DNA of 60,919 nucleotides, counting the filler, from Sanchytrium tribonematis (Eukaryota): NCBI GenBank assembly GCA_018985235.1. It is 7 parts of 7 records of this genome, joined end to end, with 100 filler letters (N's around TTAATTAATTAA, not from the genome) between each part and the next. Parts side by side here need not be neighbours in the genome. Positions count along the whole stretch, not along the records: positions 8,783 to 17,450 come from JADGIG010000367.1; positions 17,551 to 26,202 come from JADGIG010000368.1; 5 more parts are not named here. One strand, written 5' to 3'. The translations under genes and the position numbers were made by a program. This document shows, piece by piece, positions 11,478 through 22,624 of the stretch (position 1 is its first letter; every line of letters begins with the position of its first letter). The notes below the pieces were generated by a model. The model made no database searches and was not told where the DNA came from. It was given only the letters and a program-made list of their open reading frames with translations.

Positions 11478-12854
11478 ATGTCTGCCTCGCTTTATTTCTT
11501 CTTGTTGAATTATTGCCATCCCTCTTTCATATTCCATTCCAAATTAATTTATAATAATACTCAAGATTTATCAGAATTTTCCATCCAAATGACAAATCAT
11601 GCCGTCAACAATTACATCCAATATGCGCTTCCAAATGATTTTTTATTGCCATTAAATCAAACTGGAGCCAATATGTATGATCAAACCATGTATTTGTCCA
11701 TAATAGACGCATTAGACACCCTATATTTAATGAAATTACCACAATATTCACAATTCAAAGAAATCATCCAAAATGTAAATCTCATTCAAAATCAATCTAT
11801 TGGATTCTTTGAAATGAACATACGCATTGTTGGTGGATTATTAGGGATACATTCACTTACAAATGATGATGTATATCTCAATAAATGCATTGAATTTGTA
11901 GATGCCATTTTGAAATGTCATGAAAATCAAACAATCCCATTTACCTACATGAATTTAGTGAATCAAACAGGCCATTATGCAAATTGGACAGAATATCATG
12001 CTATTTTAAGTGAAATTGGCACATTCCAACTAGAATATTTCAAATTAAGTCAAATCACTCAAAATCCAAAATATGAAATATTCGCCAACCAGGTTTATGA
12101 AATCATATTTAACCAACCATTACAGTATATTGGCTTTTATCCCACCTTTATAAACCCAGAAACACTCAAATTTAAATTTTCACATTACTCCATTGGTGCT
12201 TACGGGGATTCATTTTACGAATATTTACTCAAATCTGCCATTCTCACTCAAAATAATACGTTATTAATTAAATTTGATGAATCTATGGACACCATTATTG
12301 AATATTACAAAGATACGAACAAATTACCAAATTGGCACATTAATGATGATTTTGACCATTTAACCTGTTTTGTGGGTGGTCTGTTGGCATTGAGAGCATC
12401 CTACAACTATTTCCAATCTAGTGACATGCTCAAACAAAGTAAAAATAATCAATATTTAAAATACGCAGAAATATTCACAAATTTGTGTTGGGATCAATAC
12501 GAGTTCCAACCCACTAAATTATCACCAGATACATCTCATAATATGATTGCAAATGACCCATACTATCAATTACGACCAGAATTAATCGAATCCATCTTTT
12601 ATTTATGGCGCATCACCAAAAATAAGAAATATTTATTAATGAATTTTAGGATAATGCAACGCATTCAATTGTATTGCTATACATCCAGTGGATATGCAGG
12701 CGTGCATGTAATTAGTGGGGAACATTTTAATTTGCAAGATTCGTGGTTTTTAGCCGAAACTTTAAAATATCTATTTTTGACATTTAATGATGACTTATTG
12801 GATTTAAATCAGTATGTTTTTAATACAGAAGCACATCCATTGAAAATAAATTGA
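11478..12854 (+). CDS. Class I alpha-1,2-mannosidase (GH47)
   Basis: IIDALDTLYLM, FEMNIRIVGGLL, GAYGDSFYEYLLK, DHLTCFVGG, LRPELIES, SWFLAETLKYLFL, FNTEAHP. Confidence 0.93.
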   Translation: MSASLYFFLLNYCHPSFIFHSKLIYNNTQDLSEFSIQMTNHAVNNYIQYALPNDFLLPLNQTGANMYDQTMYLSIIDALDTLYLMKLPQYSQFKEIIQNVNLIQNQSIGFFEMNIRIVGGLLGIHSLTNDDVYLNKCIEFVDAILKCHENQTIPFTYMNLVNQTGHYANWTEYHAILSEIGTFQLEYFKLSQITQNPKYEIFANQVYEIIFNQPLQYIGFYPTFINPETLKFKFSHYSIGAYGDSFYEYLLKSAILTQNNTLLIKFDESMDTIIEYYKDTNKLPNWHINDDFDHLTCFVGGLLALRASYNYFQSSDMLKQSKNNQYLKYAEIFTNLCWDQYEFQPTKLSPDTSHNMIANDPYYQLRPELIESIFYLWRITKNKKYLLMNFRIMQRIQLYCYTSSGYAGVHVISGEHFNLQDSWFLAETLKYLFLTFNDDLLDLNQYVFNTEAHPLKIN

Positions 12855-12855
12855 T

Positions 12856-14193
12856 TTATTCCATATTTAATAGATTTGCCATGTTTTTAACAATGTTTTT
12901 TGCCCCTTGTTCTGTTTGCATTGATTTGCTCATGGCTCTTGCATTCTCACTGTAAAAATCCAAATGATTCAATCCATCCATTAAACAAGTACTCAATTTC
13001 ATAGGATCTAATTCGCTAATTGGGAATCCTTTAGGGCCACAGCCACGTTTAAAAACAACATCCTGCCAAAATGGTTGATCACTAGTTGGGCCACAAGGTA
13101 GAATAATTGTGGGTTTACCAGCTAATAAACCAGTGTGTGTCGTACCCATTCCACCGTGATGAAGAATCATGGACATTTTGGGGAATAATTGAGAATGAGC
13201 CACGGGTTCATTTAAGATGAATAAATTGGGATTTTTAGTTTCTAATGGGGTCACAGATTGACTAGCCACAGTGTGTAAAACACAGGCGAGCTTATTACCA
13301 TTTTTAATGGTCAAAAAGACCCCATTTGCTAATTTATTTAAACACGCTTCTACTTCGTCTGGCTTAAATACGACACTCAACATACTACCTAATCCAATGT
13401 AAATAATCGGAATATTATTGTGTTGATTGATGAATTGTAATAAAGCATCTGGAAGTGGTTTGGGAGAGTCTGGTAATTCTAAATTTCCAACAACTTTGTG
13501 ATTTTGGGGCCAATCTGATGGTGTTGGCAACAATTTATTAGAGTAAATGTAGAATACATTAATATTTTGGCAATCTTGTTCAAATGTGGTTTGCTTTATT
13601 GGTAAATTCAGCATATTCATGGTTTTGTTGATGGGATCCTTGTAAGTTTTTTCTAAAATAATAGGCGTAATCCACCATAGTAATGCGTTGATCCATTTAA
13701 ATAGTGCTGATTCACCTAATCCAGCTGTGGGCGGTGCTATAAACTTGGTTTTATGGAAGGGAACCGTGTGAATTAATAAATATGGAATTTTCAATATTTC
13801 AGTGGCAATAAACTGCGCATTACTAAAGAATGCAAACGTGGGTATAATCATCAAGACTGGCTTATGTTTAAGTGCCATTTTATGAATATCAGTAAACCAT
13901 CCATAGACTTGTAAATACGTAAATTGCTTTAAAGCTGGAAATAATTTGAATGGGTTTTTGGAGGATGTCATGATCTTTCCTTGTGGCGTATTTCTTAATA
14001 ATTCGAGTACAGATGGAGAAATAGGCTCAAAAATGAATTTTGAATGACATGATTTGATAAATGGCTCATATTCTGCATGTGCTGCAATGACGACATCATA
14101 TTGAGGATATTGAGTAACAAACTCTAATGCAATAGCTACAAATGGTTGAACATCACCTCTAGTTCCTATGCAAGTTATTAAAATACTGGGCAT
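12856..14193 (-). CDS. UDP-glycosyltransferase, sterol 3-beta-glucosyltransferase-like (GT1, GT28_N domain)
   Basis: GTRGDVQPFVAIA, IYIGLGSM, HSQLFP..HHGGMGTT..GL.AGKPTII.P...DQPFW. Confidence 0.9.
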   Translation of the reverse strand: MPSILITCIGTRGDVQPFVAIALEFVTQYPQYDVVIAAHAEYEPFIKSCHSKFIFEPISPSVLELLRNTPQGKIMTSSKNPFKLFPALKQFTYLQVYGWFTDIHKMALKHKPVLMIIPTFAFFSNAQFIATEILKIPYLLIHTVPFHKTKFIAPPTAGLGESALFKWINALLWWITPIILEKTYKDPINKTMNMLNLPIKQTTFEQDCQNINVFYIYSNKLLPTPSDWPQNHKVVGNLELPDSPKPLPDALLQFINQHNNIPIIYIGLGSMLSVVFKPDEVEACLNKLANGVFLTIKNGNKLACVLHTVASQSVTPLETKNPNLFILNEPVAHSQLFPKMSMILHHGGMGTTHTGLLAGKPTIILPCGPTSDQPFWQDVVFKRGCGPKGFPISELDPMKLSTCLMDGLNHLDFYSENARAMSKSMQTEQGAKNIVKNMANLLNME

Positions 14194-14252
14194 TTTGAAA
14201 TAAAACTTGTGTTTCAAAGAATTTATTTATTTTCGCTCCCTAAAACATTTTC

Positions 14253-14708
14253 ATGGTTGCATTTCGTAAACTTGAAATCCACTCGCTATCCCTTCAAATA
14301 TTAGCCATGTTATCTGCACATTTTCTCATATTATCTGCATTTCTCATGTTTTCTCACTTATTTTATTCTGAATCTGTGAGTTTGTTGGCTATTTTATATC
14401 CTTTTCATTTTACATGGTATGCATTCATTATATCCTTATCCTATATACCAACTTGTTTATTAACATCCATTTTATACTCTAAATTGGTCACGAGATACAA
14501 ATTAGCATGGGATTTCGGATTGACGATTTCATTTATTCAATTAATAATGAGTATTTTATATAGCCAGTCCATGAGTTTCTGGTATTTGCTAGTATTAAGT
14601 GTATATGGCATGTTATTTACAGTCACTTCGCAGTACATTTGTCAACATTACGAAACAGAGCCAATTGCAATTGAAATGGATAATCAAAGTACTTTAAAGG
14701 AAAAATAA
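14253..14708 (+). CDS. SYS1: Golgi membrane protein Sys1
   Basis: Four-TM protein with R.KLAWDFGLTI.FI.L and C-terminal QYIC...E.EPI, typical of Sys1. Confidence 0.75.
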   Translation: MVAFRKLEIHSLSLQILAMLSAHFLILSAFLMFSHLFYSESVSLLAILYPFHFTWYAFIISLSYIPTCLLTSILYSKLVTRYKLAWDFGLTISFIQLIMSILYSQSMSFWYLLVLSVYGMLFTVTSQYICQHYETEPIAIEMDNQSTLKEK

Positions 14709-15234
14709 ATAGTATTTTACTAATAACAACACAAACAGGTATTCCACCAACTATTTGGGTACTGACTTGTTTGATAAACCATGGATTCAAAGGAATATCC
14801 TTCCCAAATATATTCATTTAACCAAAATGTGCAATCTCTCGAGCTTGCTGCAAATAACATAGAGACCAATAATATTTGCATTTTATGATGAAGACGGTTG
14901 AACTGTATTAATATTAATGAATTGGATGTTTACCAATTAGAAAAGCCTTTTTCTTTCTAGACCCAAGTTGTTTTTGTTTTGGACATCAAATAATGATTAC
15001 TATGAGTGTATATTTGATACTTCAATCGGGACAAGATCATCATTCAATTTAGAAACCCCAAGTTGTAATTTTGCTGAGGTAAATTCATTTTGCAGTTTCT
15101 CCAAATTCCAATTTTTATTTTCCAATCAAAGGAGATAAAATAATTTACAAATTAATTGCACAGAATTCATACACAAATCACAGAACATGCTTATATCCGT
15201 AAAGACTATTTAAAGCGATGTAGTCTTTTACTTT

Positions 15235-16869
15235 ATGGTTTTTGCAACAATCGCATTCGCTCAACAACTCACATTTGACACAAATCAAGTCACTTGTGAT
15301 GCATCAACAGAAGCAACAGCAACTTTATCGTGCAAAGATAATACTGATGATATTGCAGTGTTTTTCGAATCCAAATTAGCCGGATTGAACAAATGCAGAG
15401 TAGACATCCCAGCAAATAAAGATACGAGTGATGCAATCAAGCTAATTGGTTTATTAAGTGATAAATCAGATGGTTCATTACAAGATTCCTTAAAAACAAA
15501 GATATGTTCTCGTAAAAACGGAGAAATTAAATCTGAAATTGAATTGGAAATCACTACAAATTACAATAAGCCACAGCAATTGTGCATGTCTACTGGTGAT
15601 CCACATATTCACACGTGGGATAGCAAGGAATTTGATAACATGGCAGTAGGACCAACCTGGCTCGTTAAAAGTGATTTATTCTCCGTGCAAACCAAACAAG
15701 AGAAATGCTACGATACCAAGTCATGCAACACAGCAGTAGCTGTCAGATACGCTGATAATGTCTATGTAGCAGATTTAGCAAATCCAATCTTCAAATGTCA
15801 CTCTCAAAATGGCTGTAAAGAAGATTTGGCAAATATTCAATCTTCTGCGGATGGAGGTGCCATTTTAGACTTGCCTGGTAATATCCAAGTATCTACCAAC
15901 AATATGAATGGTGTGGGCATCAACGTGATTGTCAAAGCACCTGGTCAAACTGATTTTGCACCTTCAAATTGCAATCCAGAAACTGATTATTCTGGTCAAA
16001 CTTTAACAGATGCCATCTATCCTGTTAGTGACTCTGAGTCATATTTTGATAATCCCGTATTATTACCTCGATCCTCTGATTTTCCAGATGGCTATACTGA
16101 ATGTCGATTGCCTGTCAGCTGTAACACTGTTTTCCCCACTTCAACAGAGCCATTAAACGCACAACACACACAAGCAAATGATGCACCATTGCCAACCAAT
16201 GCATATGATGGTAAAAAAGTACCAACAGGTTATAAAAAACAGCCAATTGAAGCATATCAAAAACCTCCTCCAAATTTGCAATTAGTGCCAAAATACGCTC
16301 AAAATGCAACAAAGAAACCATCTGATGATGAAATCAAGTCAAAATGCACTGATGCGTGCCCAATTGATGCATTTAAAGCAGTGGGTAAGGAATCTGATGC
16401 AGATTATTACATCAAAGGATGTATCGATGATTATGTGGCATTAATGAGCAATGGATTCAGTTTGGCAGTAGAAAATACAAGAAAAGCATGTGCACAACAA
16501 GCTGCTTATAAATTACAGGATACGATGAAAACATGAAAAGATCAGCAGCAAGTCGATGAATGTTCGCAAATCAGCAAAAAATATTCATATGGAGATACAC
16601 CCTGTGATTGTGGGTCAAATGGATACTGCACATCTTATGGATGTACTTGTAAGCCGGGATATTCTGGAGAGAAATGTGAGACGCAATATTCTGTACCGAG
16701 TGCCGTAGAAGCAGCTGCTAAATATTTGCAATCTAAAGTGAATCCGAGTGATTATCAACAACCTGATAGTCAAGATGAGGCACCACCTGCTGCTTCCAAG
16801 CCACCTACTTATTCTGCAGCAGGAAAATTGGTGACATTCACAATTTTATGTTTTGTTGGATTGATTTGA
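15235..16869 (+). CDS. Secreted VWD-domain plus EGF-like protein with GPI/TM-like tail, interrupted by one in-frame TGA (16534-16536)
   Basis: CMSTGDPHIHTWD VWD motif. After the TGA the frame stays open for 110 codons (CDCGSNGYCTSYGCTCKPGYSGEKC EGF; hydrophobic tail KLVTFTILCFVGLI*) and ends at TGAATAAAT. Confidence 0.8.
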
Positions 16870-17550
16870 ATAAATCGGATTTTGATATTCACAATTAAAG
16901 ATGACTATCTTTTGGACCATCGAAGTGGCCTGTGGATGGCTAGACAGTGGCTGTAAATGGCTTAGAAAGTGGCTTTAAATTTTATTTGCGATTGGTTGAA
17001 AATTAGACTGTTCTTTGGAATTGGGGTATATAAGCAGATGAAGGATATCTATTTAAGAAAGCCAAATTTGTATTTGTTGGACATGAGCAACAAAAGTTGT
17101 ATGAAAACAATTGGAAGAGACTCGCCAGATCTGCTGAATAAAAATCAATAAATCAATTCAATGGAAATAAACAGAGCTTTTGTATTTTACTTTCGATGAT
17201 TTGATATATTCCGAATCGATTAAAATGATATCCAAATGGCCTGCCGCATGTTGGGGTGACTGAACGTTTCACCTGGAGATTTGAAATTTAGGCATTCTGT
17301 TCTCAAATACGTCCAAATTGACACCGTAGCTCGCTCATAACTATTAAATCTATATTTTATTAAACAACGGCATACTTCTGGCCTAAAAGATATTCTACTC
17401 CCATAAATATTAGCATAATTAGCGATGGATCTGTATTTGGCTCTATTTTGNNNNNNNNNNNNNNNNNNNNNNNNNNNNNNNNNNNNNNNNNNNNTTAATT
17501 AATTAANNNNNNNNNNNNNNNNNNNNNNNNNNNNNNNNNNNNNNNNNNNN

Positions 17551-17670
17551 TCTGTCCTCGACCAGTCCATCATTTAAATGTTCTGTGCAATGTTCATATA
17601 GTGCGCAAGGTTCAGAATGAGTGTAATCACACGTGTCCCAATGACAATTGAAGTCTCGATTCTTTTGCAT
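17551..17670 (-). CDS. PacC/GLI-type C2H2 zinc-finger transcription factor, N-terminal part (truncated by the contig edge)
   Basis: Manual translation: MQKNRDFNCHWDTCDYTHSEPCALYEHCTEHLNDGLVEDR (C-x-W-x2-C...LYEH...H finger); not in the ORF track. Confidence 0.65.
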
Positions 17671-18010
17671 GCAAGATTTATAATTTCAAATCTCCTTGCT
17701 ATCACAGAAGTGGAATTTTACGAAAGGAGAAACTGTCGTTATATTCCATTCCTCAAATAAAAGTCGGAAATTTATAATCAATGGTAAGCCACTTACCAAC
17801 AATTTGTGGTGACAAATCCACGGTGACGGTGGTGACGGTTTGATAATTAACTATCAAATGTGCCACTTTCGATTATAAATTTCGTAATGAAACACCAATT
17901 CATTGCGAAAACAGCCAATCCCGCCTTTTAAACTGATCAAAGAAATTGCAAAACAAAAATTGTATATAATAAAATATATAAGGAGCAAAACAAGGTTTTA
18001 AATCACTTTC

Positions 18011-21005
18011 ATGTCAAAAAAACATCAAGAGAATTTCAAAAATCATCCATCCCCTATCTTGGAAGTTCCTTCAACCCCAAAATCTACGGCTGTAGCGGGG
18101 TCCCTTTCTTCCCCTCACTTGAGAACCCCCGTTAGATCAGGAAATCCTGATAGGTCAAATGTTACATTTGCTGATGAAATGAGCAAAGAGCTCGATAAAA
18201 TTTCCTACGACTCAGACAGAAAATCTACAACTTCTTCAAGGCTTACATCAAGTTCTATCACCCTTAAAGATATCGATAAAGATGGCCTTAAAATTGCTAA
18301 TGAATTACAATTCGCATCCTACAAAGTACCGGAAATCAAGGCCAGATTAAGAGATCGTGAAGACATCGCGAGGAGGCAAAAGGATCAATTTAACGAGAAA
18401 CCATTATTACCGAATCAAACTAGCCAAAATACAATTTTTGTAAAATCCCCTCGAAGCCGTGCTTCATTAATTAGAAAAGACACAACATGGGACAAAGGGT
18501 TTTGGACTCATTTATGCAGGATTCTCACTTGCTGTATCCCAGGATATCTCCTAAAGAGAATAGGTGGTATGGATAAACCAGAAGTACAACAAGCTTGGAG
18601 GGAAAAGGTTGGATTGTGTATGCTTTTTCTCTGCTTGATGGGAATGTTGGCATTTATTACTTTCTTAATATCGTTTGCAATTTGCCCAGAGACTTATGGA
18701 GATCAGATAATATCTCCCGAAAAACCAAATTTTGTAATTGGTACAAACACATTTTTGGCCAAAGGTCAATTATATCAATATGACGCCAAAAGATACACAG
18801 GGTTAGGTCTTTCTAACATCGACACAAATCAAAAAGACATTAGTCCCAAAATCATTTCAGATACTGGCGCTTCATATTGCTCTGCCATTGGCATCAAAGA
18901 TATGAACGTACTTTGTAATTCCGTCAAATGTGTCAACCAAGCTGAATTGAAAACTACTTTACCAATTGTTAAAAAGTATACCTGGGAATTTTTAACAAAT
19001 TCTACGACATTGTTCGTATACAATGGTTATGTTGTAGATAAAAGTGCTGCTGGGCTCAATTTGGATAAATATTTTTCTGGTTTGAAATCGAAATTAGCAA
19101 AATCGCTAGGAAAAGATGTCACATATGCATTTCGGCAGAATGATGACTTGATTAATGCGATTAGATGCTTCAGCGAACAATATAGAGTTGGATATATCGA
19201 TACCTCCACCACAGGATGTTTTATTCGTGATATTATTAGTAATATTGCCATGGTTGCTATTTTGAGCTTGATTATAATTAGATTTTCATTAGCCATTGGC
19301 TTTAGTTGGTTTCTGTCTTGGAAACTGGGCAAATGGGAATTGACACGCAAAGAGTTATTTGATCAACACGGAAACAAAGTGGGCAGTCAATCCAGTATCG
19401 ACTCGATCAAAAAGAGTTTAGCTGAAGGTGCTGCAGTGGATGCCATTCAGATCCCACCGGATTTTAGATTAATCTACTCTATTTTAATGGTCACTTGCTA
19501 TTCAGAAGATGAGGCTGGATTAAAAACTACTTTAGATTCACTTTGCAACATTCAGTATCCAAATAGATATAAATTAATTATCGTGGTTTGTGATGGTATT
19601 GTTAAAGGAGCAGGGCAAGACAAATCAACACCTGAGATCGTCTGTGGATTAATCAAAGAAGATAAAAGTTTTGGTACTCCAGAACCTAAAAGTTATTTCA
19701 GTATAGCGGACGGTAAAAAGAGACATAATATGGCTCGTATTCATTGTGGTCAATATGTATCTGAATTGGGTAGAAAAACCAATATTATAGTTATTGTAAA
19801 ATGTGGTACTCCAGAAGAAGCTACAGCTGGAAAACCTGGAAATAGGGGAAAAAGAGATTCTCAAATCGTATTAATGGATTTCTATAGAGCAGTTATGTTT
19901 GATGCTCCAATGAGTCCATTCCAATATGAACTATTCAACAAAGTATATAAATTATGTAAAGTGACGGCTGATAAATTTGAAATTGTACTGATGGTAGATG
20001 CTGATACGAAAGTGATGCCAGATGCGCTGAGTCATATGGCTGCTGTGGTTGCTAAAGACCCCATGATTATGGGTCTTTGTGGTGAAACAAGGATTATGAA
20101 TAAAGGAGAATCCTGGGTGAGTGCTATACAAGTTTTTGAATATCACGTTGCACATCATTTGGCCAAGGCATTTGAAAGCTGCTTTGGCGGTGTTACATGC
20201 CTACCTGGTTGTTTTTGTATGTATAGGATTAAAGCACCAAGAAATGACGGAACTTGGGCTCCTATACTGGCAAGTCCAGAAATTGTGGCTCAATATTCTG
20301 AAAATGTTGTGAACACTCTGCACAAAAAGAACTTGCTGCTACTTGGTGAAGACAGATTTTTGAGTACATTAATGTTGAGAACATTTCCAAACAGAAAAAT
20401 GATGTTTGTTCCAAAGGCGGTTTGTAAAACATGCGTCCCAAATAGCTTTCAGGTGTTATTAAGTCAAAGAAGAAGGTGGATCAATTCTACGATCCACAAT
20501 TTGTTTGAATTGCTGCTAGTTCAAGAGTTGTGTGGTACTTTCTGTTTTAGCATGCAATTTGTTGTATTTTTAGAACTAATTGGTACTTTGACACTACCTG
20601 CTGCTATTGTATTTACGACGTATTTCTAATTAATTTAGTGTTGTTATTATTAAATCCATTATTGGGCCTGTTGCGACCCAGCCATTATTACTACTAGCTG
20701 CAATTTTAGGTTTGCCTGGTTTACTGATATTTTTTACAACACAGAGACTAATCTATCTCAAATATATGATAATATATCTGTTTGCTCTGCCGATATGGAA
20801 TTTTGTATTACCTTCTTATGCATATTGGCATTTTGATGATTTTTCATGGGGTCAGACAAGGGCAGTTGCTGGTGAAAAGAAGGGGGAAGACCATGGACAC
20901 AAAGACGGAGAATTTGATGATAATGCTATTCCTTTACTAACTTGGAATGAATGGTCGGAAGCAGCGAATGAATTATTGTTGTCTGAAAATATAGCCCCAA
21001 AATAA
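18011..21005 (+). CDS. Chitin synthase, division 2 (class IV-like), join(18011..20619,20639..21005)
   Basis: AWREK, TCYSE, NRGKRDSQ, MVDADT, VTCLPGCF, LGEDRFL, QRRRWINST, WHFDDFSWG. Intron removal gives ...IVFTT-VVIIKSIIGPVATQPLLLLAAILGLPG. Confidence 0.95.
20620..20638 (+). other. 19-nt spliceosomal intron GTATTTCTAATTAATTTAG
   Basis: Contains the in-frame TAA that ends ORF 18011; removal restores the conserved C-terminal TM region. Confidence 0.92.
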
Positions 21006-21031
21006 ATTTATTTATCAAGGCCTGTTTGCAA

Positions 21032-22613
21032 ATGGGTGAAAAAACAGAAATAAGCACAGATAATCAAGAGCATCAAAATTTAACAGATGCTGCTCAAATT
21101 AAAAGAAAGCTAAATATATTGGCTAAAGAACAGCAGCAAATTGAAAGACAAATGGTTGATTTTCAAGATACTTCAAAAAAAGTATTAAAGAACCTGGAAA
21201 ATGATTCTGCTTATTATATCTCACATTTGAAAGACATTGAGCATAGTGCCATTGCTATTGAAAAGGAATTGGTAGAGAAAAAAGAGAGTGGTAAAAATGC
21301 GGAAACATTACAAGCCAAATTAAGGGAATATAAAAATGCTTTTCAAAGTATTAAAACAGAACAGCAAAAATTAACGCAGGAGATTCTGTCTGTTGAAATT
21401 GAACCTGATAATACTGCAAATGAACTGAAAGCTGTTGAAATAAGTTTTGAAAAAAATTTGAACAAATTTAACACGATTCGCTCTTCGAATGCGACACTAA
21501 GAGAAAAAATCAGCGACTTGGTGAAAGAAAAGAAACTTTTTGAGGAACAAAACCACAAATTGCTGGCTGATTTAAAATCTTTGAAGCTGAAGATAGCGCA
21601 GTCTATTGACGGCTGTAATCAAAATTTTGAACTGCGCGAAGAGCTCAAAATGAAAGTCTCGGCTTTGATGGATAAAAACGACAAGGAAAAAGCCCTGTTT
21701 CAATCTGAATTATTAGAACTAGAGAGGCTAATCAAAGAGAAACAAGAGGAAAAAGAGTTCAAAGCAACTAAACAAGAGATTCGAGATTTTGTTAATATTC
21801 AGGTAAGAAGTAAAAATGACATTAAAAGAGAAAATGACATACAACTTCTTAAAGAACTCGATGATTTTATAACATACCTGGAAACTTTTAAGGATTACAA
21901 GTCAAATTTTGTAAATGAATATCGAAGCCAAGAATTAGAAATACAATCAATATTTAAATTTCTATGTTTTGAAGCTATTTCCGAAGTGGACTTTAGCCGA
22001 ACGCATGGCAAGGCAAAAGACTTATCCGGCGAGACCTCTCATTTATTTTCCCGTGCTGAGGATACAAATGAGGATACGCATAGGGCGAAAGAATTAGAGA
22101 TGCGAGGAGATGCGTGGAATTCTCTTGCATCAGTGTCAGAAGTTTTAAATTTAGGGCTTTCTCTTGACAACGAGAAGAATTTTGATTATTTTTTAGCCAA
22201 GAAAATTGACCCACTGGTCTATTTCGCTGAAATTGAGTATGCAATTGATAAATTAACACTCAATGCGGCTCTGAAGAAAGCCATTATTGAAACCAACGAA
22301 GAATCTATCGGTAGTATTCGACACAACTCAGCATCGACTCTTTCGAGTGAAAAACCAACAAATGCTAAAGAACGCTTGATCATTGTTAACAAAACTCTTT
22401 TAGAGCCACCGCACTTTTCTGTGAAGACGTTTGCATCTATAGAGTATTTTAAATTAATTAAGATCATTTTTGGACGATAAAGAAGTAACTTTTGCCAAAC
22501 CCGAAGACATTCGAAAACTATTTCAGACTACACCAATGTCATTGCTAATGAAAAAGAACGGAAGATTGAAGTCTAAAACTACCGGAGCCAGCAAAAGTCG
22601 AACACTGCAATAA
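21032..22613 (+). CDS. Outer dynein arm docking complex subunit (ODA-DC2/CCDC114/CCDC63-like), join(21032..22443,22463..22613)
   Basis: Coiled coil with the family-like segment EKNLNKFN....NATLREKI.DL..EK...REELKMK...L..K.DKE..F..EL.EL.R.I. The spliced tail (E-SFLDDKEV...RTLQ*) ends in AATAAA, 11 nt from the convergent DHR1 stop. Confidence 0.7.
22444..22462 (+). other. 19-nt spliceosomal intron GTATTTTAAATTAATTAAG
   Basis: Matches the intron consensus; removal opens a 50-codon terminal exon that fills the intergenic gap. Confidence 0.7.
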
Positions 22614-22624
22614 AAGTACTACAA

